Assembly: GCA_041395025.1 (NCBI GenBank)
Contig: JAWLBH010000001.1
Location: 480,001-512,000, forward strand
DNA from: Chlamydiales bacterium
Lineage (GTDB): Bacteria; Chlamydiota; Chlamydiia; Chlamydiales; JAAKFR01
DNA length: 32,000 nt
Direction: 5' to 3'
Shown: positions 25,359 to 32,000 of the stretch, piece after piece
Layout of the letters: the number at the start of each line of letters is the position of its first letter
Position numbering within the stretch: the first letter of the stretch is position 1
Translations under genes and position numbers: made by a program
The notes under the pieces: generated by a model
Seen by the model: only the letters and a program-made list of their open reading frames with translations
Databases searched by the model: none
Told to the model about the DNA's origin: nothing

Positions 25359-26611
25359 GTTTGACTCTCCTGAGTAACAGTCGGTTTATGATCATAACTA
25401 ATATAAACACCACTATTATATTTGGCTTCATCCAATTCTCCTTCTGATTGAGCCACAAAAACAGCCACAACCGAATCCCCTAAAATATTGACTACTGTGC
25501 CAATAATATCACGTAACCTATCTATACCAGCTACAATTGCAATTCCTTCAATAGGTAAACCAACTGAGCCAAGAACGATGGACAGAGTCACAATCCCTCC
25601 TCCAGGAATCCCTGCACAACCCACAGCTGATAAGGTAGCTGTTATCACCATCACTAGAAGACTCTCCCACCCTAATTCGATGCCATAAGCTTGAGAAATA
25701 AACACCGCAGCAATTCCTTGAAAAATTGCTGTCCCATTCATATTTACAGTAGAACCTAATGGAAGAACAAAACTTGCAATATTTTTTGAAACCCCCAAAT
25801 TTTCTTCCACACAATGAAGAGTAGCTGGTAGAGTGGCTGAGCTACTGGTTGTTGATGCGGCTAGAGTAATTGCATCTGTCATTCCCTTAAAAAAAGGAAC
25901 CACTCGCACCTTGGCAAAAAATATTAAAATCCCTCCAAAAACAATAATCAAATGGAGAATACATACAAAATAATGCGCTAAAACAAGTTTCAGCAGAGGA
26001 ACAAGAATCGCCATCCCAAACGTTCCTGCTACCCAAGCCATAGTTGCAAAAATCCCATAAGGAGCCAGGGTCATGACTATCCCAGTAATTGTAAACATAA
26101 CTTCACTAAGCGATTCAAGAACCAGAGCAATAGGTTTACCTTTTTCTCCAGCAAAATTGATCCCTAGACCTAAAAAGATTGAAAATACAATCACTTGAAG
26201 AATATTGCCATTTGCAAGAGAACCCACTGGATTTGATGGGACCAAATTCATAAAAATGCTAATCAATTCAGGAGTTTCATCTATTGTTAAATCGATCGTT
26301 TCTTGATTAAGGCCGATCCCCTTGCCAGGATTCAGAAGTTTTGCAGCAATCAGACCAAAAGCAATGGCTATCGCCGTTGTCAATAAATAGGTGAGAAGAG
26401 TTTTTAAACCTACTCGCCCAAGCTTACGGACATCATTGATTGAAGTGACCCCCACTGTCATAGAAGAGAAGACGAGAAGCACAACTAACATATTCAAGAG
26501 GCCAAGAAACACCATTCCAAATGGTTTGAGATAGGCAGCTTTTGGACCCAAAAAAATCCCTGTTAAAGTCCCTAAAAATAAACCAATTAACATTTTTTTC
26601 CATAGCTTCAT
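25355..26611 (-). CDS. Dicarboxylate/amino acid:cation symporter (DAACS/GltP family)
   Basis: 418 aa and polytopic. Family signatures SSSATLP, NMNGTA and DRLRDIIGTVVNILGD. Confidence 0.9.
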   Translation of the reverse strand: MKLWKKMLIGLFLGTLTGIFLGPKAAYLKPFGMVFLGLLNMLVVLLVFSSMTVGVTSINDVRKLGRVGLKTLLTYLLTTAIAIAFGLIAAKLLNPGKGIGLNQETIDLTIDETPELISIFMNLVPSNPVGSLANGNILQVIVFSIFLGLGINFAGEKGKPIALVLESLSEVMFTITGIVMTLAPYGIFATMAWVAGTFGMAILVPLLKLVLAHYFVCILHLIIVFGGILIFFAKVRVVPFFKGMTDAITLAASTTSSSATLPATLHCVEENLGVSKNIASFVLPLGSTVNMNGTAIFQGIAAVFISQAYGIELGWESLLVMVITATLSAVGCAGIPGGGIVTLSIVLGSVGLPIEGIAIVAGIDRLRDIIGTVVNILGDSVVAVFVAQSEGELDEAKYNSGVYISYDHKPTVTQESQT

Positions 26612-27666
26612 TATATCATTCCTACAAGTGTTGTAATCTGTTTTTTCATCTTATTCCAGGCTTCTTGATTCTTTGTAATGACGAATTCTGCTTTCGCCCA
26701 ACAAATTGGCAGTGGACTAGAAGCAGCAGACAAGGGAAGTTTCACACGATCTTTCTCTGTACATACAAGATATTCTGCCCCTTTTGCTTTGCAAAAAATG
26801 GCGAATTGTTTCAGTTCTTTTTCATTCATCCCATAGTGATCAGGAAGATAAAAAGATTTTACAATTTTTCCTCCCAGTGTCTGAATATTTTCAGCAAAAC
26901 GTATCGGATTGCCAATGCCACAAAAAATCCCTATTCTTTTCCCCTGTAAGGAGGTAATTAATGTCTCATTTAACATGCGTATTTCTCTTATAACTATCTC
27001 TACTTCTATCCAAGGAGCTTTTGTAAGACTGCGTACTCGCTTTTGTGTATCTAGAGATGGAGTCCCTACAAATACAATAAGATCAGCTTCTTTTAAACGT
27101 TTCGGATGCTCTCGCAGTCTTCCTCTAGGCAAAAAATGTCCACCTCCCCAAGGATCTTTTCCATTTAAAACAACAATCTCAATCTCTCTATGTAAGGCAC
27201 GATGCTGCATCCCATCATCCATCAATACTAGGCGTGCTCCTAGTCTTTTTGCTTCTAAAGCTCCTTTATAACGATCACGATGAACAATGACAGGAATATC
27301 CGGAAGACGAGAAGCAAGAAGGCAAGGCTCATCTCCATAATCTGAAACTAATGTCCCTGGCCTCACTAAAGTCGGTTTGATTCCCTTCTCATGTTTTCCT
27401 CTATACCCCCTTGAAAGAATAGCTACATCATTAAGTTCTTTTGCTAATAGAATCACTAACTGAGTTTTTCCTACACCTCCAACCACTACATTGCCAATAC
27501 TCACAACAGGAAGGGGAGCATATTTTTGCAGCCACCATTTATGATCATATAACCAGTGAAACAGAGAGATTCCCCATCCATAAAACCAACTTAAGGGATA
27601 GGTCAAAAATCTTAAATGTTCCTTATAAATCATATCCGTAATCCAAAATGCAAGCCATCTTCTCAT
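26611..27666 (-). CDS. lpxK: Tetraacyldisaccharide 4'-kinase (lipid A biosynthesis)
   Basis: 351 aa. P-loop SIGNVVVGGVGKTQLV, SRGYRG, GDEPCLLA and DDGMQH are typical of LpxK. Confidence 0.9.
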   Translation of the reverse strand: MRRWLAFWITDMIYKEHLRFLTYPLSWFYGWGISLFHWLYDHKWWLQKYAPLPVVSIGNVVVGGVGKTQLVILLAKELNDVAILSRGYRGKHEKGIKPTLVRPGTLVSDYGDEPCLLASRLPDIPVIVHRDRYKGALEAKRLGARLVLMDDGMQHRALHREIEIVVLNGKDPWGGGHFLPRGRLREHPKRLKEADLIVFVGTPSLDTQKRVRSLTKAPWIEVEIVIREIRMLNETLITSLQGKRIGIFCGIGNPIRFAENIQTLGGKIVKSFYLPDHYGMNEKELKQFAIFCKAKGAEYLVCTEKDRVKLPLSAASSPLPICWAKAEFVITKNQEAWNKMKKQITTLVGMI

Positions 27667-28274
27667 ACGCTCATGACTGTCCCAATGAGTTCTTTTTGAG
27701 TCTCAGAAAATAAAATCTCTTCCATCATCTCAATGATGATATGAATAGCCGCCATGTGGGCTTCTTGAATCCGGTCTGATGTCACAAGATCACAGATCAA
27801 TATCTCTAAATCTGCAATTCCTCTTAACTTACCTCCTCCTTTGCCTAAAAAAGCTATTGTTTTAAGATTTTGTTTTTTAGCTGTTTGAAATGCATTAACA
27901 AGGTTTTGTGAATTTCCACTTGTAGTGAGTCCAATAAACAGATCATCTGCTTCTCCATAAGCCTCAATTGCACGTCCGAAAATATATTCAAAACCCAGAT
28001 CGTTTCCAACACAGGTTAAATACCCGGGGTCACTGATTGCAATCGCTGGAAGCGGATGTCTCTTTTTTCGAAAAAACCCTGTTAATTCTTCAGCAAAATG
28101 AGAAGCATCGCATAAACTTCCTCCATTGCCTGCAATTAAAACTTTTTTCTTGTCCTGAAAAACATGAGCTAATAACTCAGCACTTTTTTGAATAAAATCA
28201 AGATTTTGTGGATCTGAAAGTTGACTGATGGCGTTGATCCCCTCTCCTATGGATTTTAAAATTTTTTTTTTCAT
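27663..28274 (-). CDS. gmhA: SIS-domain phosphoheptose isomerase (GmhA; DiaA-like alternative)
   Basis: 203 aa. GNGGSLCDASHFAEEL, LPAIAISD, CVGNDLGFEYIF, GLTTSGNSQN and RIQEAHMAAIHIIIE parallel GmhA motifs. 4-nt overlap with lpxK. Confidence 0.8.
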   Translation of the reverse strand: MKKKILKSIGEGINAISQLSDPQNLDFIQKSAELLAHVFQDKKKVLIAGNGGSLCDASHFAEELTGFFRKKRHPLPAIAISDPGYLTCVGNDLGFEYIFGRAIEAYGEADDLFIGLTTSGNSQNLVNAFQTAKKQNLKTIAFLGKGGGKLRGIADLEILICDLVTSDRIQEAHMAAIHIIIEMMEEILFSETQKELIGTVMSV

Positions 28275-28355
28275 TTAATTGAGACATGGATTAAAAAATA
28301 TTAAGAAAAAATATAATCGAAAAAGATTTAAAAAGCAATTTCCTCAAAAAACACA

Positions 28356-28384
28356 TTGATTAAAAACTTTTTAAATTCCATAAT
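28356..28384 (+). promoter_or_regulatory. Putative sigma-70/66-type promoter for the thioredoxin-like gene
   Basis: TTGATT (28356-28361), a 17-nt spacer, then CATAAT (28379-28384). An AAGGAG Shine-Dalgarno lies 5 nt before ATG 28414. Chance matches are common in AT-rich intergenic DNA. Confidence 0.3.
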
Positions 28385-28413
28385 TTTTTCTTCTTAAAAC
28401 TTAAGGAGTTCTT

Positions 28414-28995
28414 ATGCCCTTTACTCTTCCTCTTAACAGTAAAGCTCCTGATTTTCTTCTTCCTGCGACAGATGGAAAGACTTACCGACTATCTGATTTT
28501 TCTAGTGCTAAGGTGTTAGTAATTTTTTTCACATGCAACCATTGTCCCTATGTCTTAGGCTCAGATGAAATCACACGCCAAACAGCGAATCAATTTCGTG
28601 AAAAAGGAGTCCTTTTTGTAGCCATCAATTCTAATAGTCAGAATACTTACGAAGAGGATTCTTTTGAGCATATGGTGGAACGAATGAAAATCCATCGGTT
28701 TCCCTGGTTTTACTTACACGATGCCTCTCAAAAAACTGCATCTGCTTATGGGGCATTACGTACTCCTCACTTCTACGTCTTTGATGCTCATAGAAGTCTT
28801 ATCTATTGTGGACGTGGAGTCGATCATCCACGTAATATCTCTCTTGTCAAAGAAAACAACTTAAAACAAGCCCTTGAAGATCATCTTTCTGGTCAAAAAA
28901 TTTCTACTCCTCTTACAAATCCGATAGGATGCAATATTAAATGGGAAGGCCAAGATCCTCATTGGATGCCATTAGAGGCTTGCGATCTTGTTTAA
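28414..28995 (+). CDS. Thioredoxin-fold thiol-disulfide oxidoreductase (AhpC/TSA / redoxin family)
   Basis: 193 aa. [19 protein letters not shown]...[13 protein letters not shown] (CxxC). [29 protein letters not shown] is typical of this family. Confidence 0.8.
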   Translation: MPFTLPLNSKAPDFLLPATDGKTYRLSDFSSAKVLVIFFTCNHCPYVLGSDEITRQTANQFREKGVLFVAINSNSQNTYEEDSFEHMVERMKIHRFPWFYLHDASQKTASAYGALRTPHFYVFDAHRSLIYCGRGVDHPRNISLVKENNLKQALEDHLSGQKISTPLTNPIGCNIKWEGQDPHWMPLEACDLV

Positions 28996-29056
28996 TTCTT
29001 CTAGAGTATCTTTTGTAAAAACAATTTCGCCTTATTATAAATCGCACTGAATGGAT

Positions 29057-29845
29057 TCAAGATGATCTTGTGCTTCTTTGACGAATCACTTCATATAAAA
29101 GAAGGGTCGTTGCCATAGCAACATTGAGAGAATCGGCAACTCCTAGCATAGGAATTTTTACTTGTAAATCTGCCTCTTCTATCCATTGTCTGCTTAATCC
29201 ATACTGCTCAGTTCCAACAGCAATCGCTACTCCATTTCGCAGATCGACCTTAGTATACTCAATTTCTGCTGATGGGGTTGCAGCGATGATTTTTACTTTC
29301 TGCTCTTTTAGCCAACATATTGCTTCTTTCCCTGACACTTCAACTACAGGTAGGGTAAAAAGAGTTCCAACACTCGCTCGTACAACATTGGGATTATAAA
29401 TATCGGTAGAGCGATCACAAACAATCACAGCATCGACAGCTGTTGCATCACTAGAACGTAAGATAGTTCCGAGGTTTCCAGGTTTTTCAATCGATTCTGC
29501 CACAATATATAAAGGATTTTTAGAAGGAAGAATCTCATGCAAATTTGTATGAAATTGTTTCGCAATCGCTAAAAGCCCATCGGGACGATCGCGATAGGAG
29601 ATCGAAGAAAAAACTTCTTTATTGCAGCGATAACTCGTCCCACGAATTTGACCGATTAATTGAGATTCATTAGCCCCAAGAAAAAATTCAGGACAATAAA
29701 AAAGAGATTCAATTTCTACTGCATGGGCGCGAGAAATTTCACGATATCCTTCAATAAGAAAACGCTGAGATTCTTCTCTTTCACTTCTTTTCCAAAGTTT
29801 TTTAATTTCCTTAATTTTTGGATTTTTTCTACTTGTAATTAACAT
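29057..29845 (-). CDS. TrmH/SpoU-family RNA 2'-O-methyltransferase
   Basis: 262 aa. SPOUT motifs ESIEKPGNLGTILRSSDA, AIAVGTEQYGLS, IPMLGVADSLNVAMATTLLLYE. Confidence 0.85.
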   Translation of the reverse strand: MLITSRKNPKIKEIKKLWKRSEREESQRFLIEGYREISRAHAVEIESLFYCPEFFLGANESQLIGQIRGTSYRCNKEVFSSISYRDRPDGLLAIAKQFHTNLHEILPSKNPLYIVAESIEKPGNLGTILRSSDATAVDAVIVCDRSTDIYNPNVVRASVGTLFTLPVVEVSGKEAICWLKEQKVKIIAATPSAEIEYTKVDLRNGVAIAVGTEQYGLSRQWIEEADLQVKIPMLGVADSLNVAMATTLLLYEVIRQRSTRSS

Positions 29846-29910
29846 AAGACTATCTATAAATATTTTATAATTTATTCATAAAAAATTCATCATAATTGTG
29901 AATTAGTCAT

Positions 29911-30702
29911 CTATGGTTGCCATCTCGCATAAGCACCAGCAGGAAGATCAAAAGGTCCTTTTAAAATGAGCTCTCCCGCTTCAATTGTCCCATCAAAAGC
30001 ATCTTGAAGAATTTGTTTGAGCACAATTGGGGTAAAACCAGGAGTATGGCAACTAAGAATAACAAAAGAAGGATGATCAGAGAGGATTTCACGACATTGG
30101 GCAAGCATAGAAGGGAGATCTCTTTCTATTTTAAACACTTCTTTTGACTTGCCTCTTCCAAAAGAAGGAGGATCTAATAAGATTCCATCGTAAGACTCTT
30201 TACGACGAATTGCACGTGCTAAATACTTTCGAGCATCCTCAACAATCCAACGAATAGAAGAGATTCCATTCATCGAGGCATTTTCAGCTGCCCATTTAAC
30301 CATATTTTTTGCCGCGTCTACATGAGTGACTTTTGAGCCTGCTTGTGCAGCTGCAAGTGAAGCCCCTCCTGAATAAGCAAATAGGTTAAGAAAATGCCCA
30401 CTAGGTTGTAATAAATTCCAAAGGATTGCATGCTCGGGAAAGATACCGAGATGACCAAACTCTGTGAGTTTGATGTAGAATTGCAGATTCTGAATAGACA
30501 TTCTCCATCTTTCTGGAATAGGAGAAAAAATTTCCCATCGAGGCTCTTGATCTCGGCAAAAACGTCCATGAGCATCTTTCCATATCTTCTTTGCAAGGCG
30601 GGGACGCCAAATCGCTTGGGGACAAGGCCGAATTAATAAGATCTCCCCAAATTGTTCTAATTTTTCCCCTCCACCACTATCGAGCAATTGGTACTGATCC
30701 AT
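29911..30702 (-). CDS. Class I SAM-dependent methyltransferase (RlmI/RlmK C-terminal-domain-like, probable rRNA methyltransferase)
   Basis: 263 aa. LNLFAYSGGASLAAAQAGSKVTHVDAAK (SAM-binding) and ILLDPPSFGRGK (motif IV DPPxF). Confidence 0.75.
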   Translation of the reverse strand: MDQYQLLDSGGGEKLEQFGEILLIRPCPQAIWRPRLAKKIWKDAHGRFCRDQEPRWEIFSPIPERWRMSIQNLQFYIKLTEFGHLGIFPEHAILWNLLQPSGHFLNLFAYSGGASLAAAQAGSKVTHVDAAKNMVKWAAENASMNGISSIRWIVEDARKYLARAIRRKESYDGILLDPPSFGRGKSKEVFKIERDLPSMLAQCREILSDHPSFVILSCHTPGFTPIVLKQILQDAFDGTIEAGELILKGPFDLPAGAYARWQP

Positions 30703-30710
30703 AAAAATCC

Positions 30711-31190
30711 CTATTTATTTAATGGTCGGGTATAGTCATCCAGCTTTTTAAGGGCATCTTGAATGGCTTGTTGAATAATCAACCTCCTACTTCCTTCAAA
30801 ATAAGCCGTCCATAAGAGAGGTGGATCACCTTCTGAAACGATAGCAAAACAAACTGTTCCTACTGGTTTATTAGTCTCTTCTCCAGAAGGCCCTGCGATT
30901 CCAGTTGTAGAAAGTGCTATATTGACTTTAAACAGATTTAAAATTCCAAAAGCCATCTCTAAAGCAGTTTGTTCACTCACTTCCCCCGATTGCACAAGGG
31001 TTGTTGGTTTAACACCTAATATTTGTTCTTTTATCTCATTCGAATAGGCAACTACTCCTCCTCGAAAGTACAAAGAGCAATCTGGAATAGCTACAAAAGA
31101 AGAAGCAAGTCCTCCTCCTGTACAAGACTCAGCTAAGGCTAAAGTCCAACTATTGCGAATAAAGCGTTGATGTAACAAGCGTATCGTCAA
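30711..31190 (-). CDS. cinA: CinA C-terminal-domain protein (PncC-like nicotinamide-nucleotide amidohydrolase)
   Basis: 159 aa. TLALAESCTGGGLAS, VVAYSNEIKEQILGV, STTGIAGPSG and KPVGTVCFAI are characteristic of CinA_C/PncC. Confidence 0.88.
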   Translation of the reverse strand: MTIRLLHQRFIRNSWTLALAESCTGGGLASSFVAIPDCSLYFRGGVVAYSNEIKEQILGVKPTTLVQSGEVSEQTALEMAFGILNLFKVNIALSTTGIAGPSGEETNKPVGTVCFAIVSEGDPPLLWTAYFEGSRRLIIQQAIQDALKKLDDYTRPLNK

Positions 31191-31815
31191 TTTTTATCCC
31201 TTTTTCTTCAAGTTGTGAATGAGAGTTAATCCAAGAAAAACATTGCTTTCCTAAACGAATTGGCACATTTTGCTTACAACCTGCGATGATAAAAGGAGTA
31301 GGACGCGTATGAAGGCGGATCCATTTTTGCATAGCATAAAAGAGTGGTCCATTGACCAAATGACGTGTTGCTTGAATCTCATGGGTCTTAGGATCTTCAA
31401 AAATTTGCGGATAGCCTACCTGAATACCCCAAGTGATGCCATCTACTCCAAACAGTTGTGATCGGATACTCTGATCAATCGTACTATAACGAATCGCATG
31501 TGCGACTACCTGTACAACAGGTAGTCTAGGTCGATAAAGCTGACGCTTTCCATCTAAAAAAACAACTTCCATCGCTTCTGAAGAGACACTAAAAACAGGA
31601 GAGGTAAGAGATGAAGGAATCTTTCCTTGCTTTAAAGCGCTTATATAGCAAGCATAGTCAGCTAAAAAAAGATCGATAGGAATCACTCCTTCCCCCAAGA
31701 GAGTCACTTTTTGAATTTGATAAATTGTAAAAGCTGGTAAAGAGGCAAAAAGTGCTCTCATCTCCTCTAAATCGATGAGCAGGGGAATCTTTATCCACTT
31801 AGATACATTAAGCAT
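31150..31815 (-). CDS. Hypothetical protein
   Basis: 221-aa ORF with ATG start. No motif recognised and no TM segment. Overlaps lspA upstream by 8 nt and cinA downstream by 41 nt, implying co-transcription. Confidence 0.6.
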   Translation of the reverse strand: MLNVSKWIKIPLLIDLEEMRALFASLPAFTIYQIQKVTLLGEGVIPIDLFLADYACYISALKQGKIPSSLTSPVFSVSSEAMEVVFLDGKRQLYRPRLPVVQVVAHAIRYSTIDQSIRSQLFGVDGITWGIQVGYPQIFEDPKTHEIQATRHLVNGPLFYAMQKWIRLHTRPTPFIIAGCKQNVPIRLGKQCFSWINSHSQLEEKGIKIDDTLVTSTLYSQ

Positions 31816-32000
31816 AGCTTTTTTTTCGATGCATAAGATTAACTAGAAAAAACCAAATCACACCCATGGTAATCCAAGTATCAGCTAAATTGAAAACAGG
31901 AAAATGATATCCCCAAAAATTCAATTGAATAAAGTCAATGACACATCCGTAAAGAAAGAAGTCAACCACATTTCCCAAAGCCCCTGCAATAATTAATAGA
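31808..32000 (-). CDS. lspA: Lipoprotein signal peptidase II, C-terminal part (gene runs off the window edge)
   Basis: Not in the ORF track. Hand translation of the minus strand gives LLIIAGALGNVVDFFLYGCVIDFIQLNFWGYHFPVFNLADTWITMGVIWFFLVNLMHRKKSYA-stop. GNxxD and FNxAD are conserved LspA motifs. Confidence 0.85.
   Translation of the reverse strand, partial: LLIIAGALGNVVDFFLYGCVIDFIQLNFWGYHFPVFNLADTWITMGVIWFFLVNLMHRKKSYA

Noticed and set aside
9766-31461. Further shadow ORFs: 9766-10002, 10937-11245, 11328-11540, 16482-16697, 17995-18186, 19533-19742, 20346-20543, 20672-20857, 23182-23367, 23399-23593, 24276-24491, 25488-25688, 25548-25814, 26542-26949, 26909-27271, 27441-27641, 29124-29399, 29660-29842, 30318-30596, 30401-30625, 30430-30636, 31270-31461
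   Set aside because: Same reasoning: each overlaps a well-supported gene on the same or opposite strand and has no independent support.
1-32000. Whole-window search by eye for CRISPR repeats, IS/transposase or integrase-flanked islands, tRNA/rRNA/tmRNA/4.5S genes, CIRCE (HrcA) operators and sigma-28 promoters
   Set aside because: None were found. The only recombinase is a chromosomal XerC/D type in conserved context. No spacer-repeat periodicity, no long terminal inverted repeats and no tRNA-like cloverleaf candidates occur in any intergenic region. The window reads as core genome, not an accessory island.

Overview
This is an AT-rich, gene-dense stretch of bacterial core chromosome. I read about 33 intact protein genes, one broken gene and one structural RNA. 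Gene content and local gene order point to phylum Chlamydiae. The supporting blocks are rpsU-dnaJ-fused E1 alpha/beta dehydrogenase, tsaB divergent from lon, rnz-xerC-ABC-F, glyA-clpP-dapF-UPF0158, and E2-DAACS transporter-lpxK. Genes that I recall the Chlamydiaceae lack (isocitrate dehydrogenase, canonical folE, gmhA, an HldE-domain-II-like adenylyltransferase) suggest an environmental chlamydia rather than Chlamydia proper. Almost everything is housekeeping: proteostasis (dnaJ, lon, clpP, glpG), RNA and tRNA processing (rnpB, rnz, tsaB, two methyltransferases), LPS and peptidoglycan (kdsD, lpxK, gmhA, dapF, lspA) and central metabolism. I found no CRISPR array, transposase, integron, prophage, tRNA or rRNA, and no recognisable defence or toxin-antitoxin module. 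I therefore do not claim a discrete novel system here. The leads worth a second look are as follows. (1) glyA has intact ends but at least 10 frame changes packed into about 530 bp, so it is either a pseudogene or a low-quality sequence patch. (2) A UPF0158/CT429-like protein carries a textbook AT-hook (PKRGRPPK) and a basic NLS-like tail. (3) Three proteins have Inc-like bilobed hydrophobic domains. (4) A stand-alone ADP-heptose-type adenylyltransferase is translationally coupled between lon and a GlpG rhomboid. (5) A near-perfect sigma-54 -24/-12 motif lies antisense inside the E1 gene. (6) Lon has a non-ATG start preceded by a Shine-Dalgarno-equipped mini-ORF. Two features missing from the ORF track were found by reading the sequence directly: rpsU (58 aa) and RNase P RNA.
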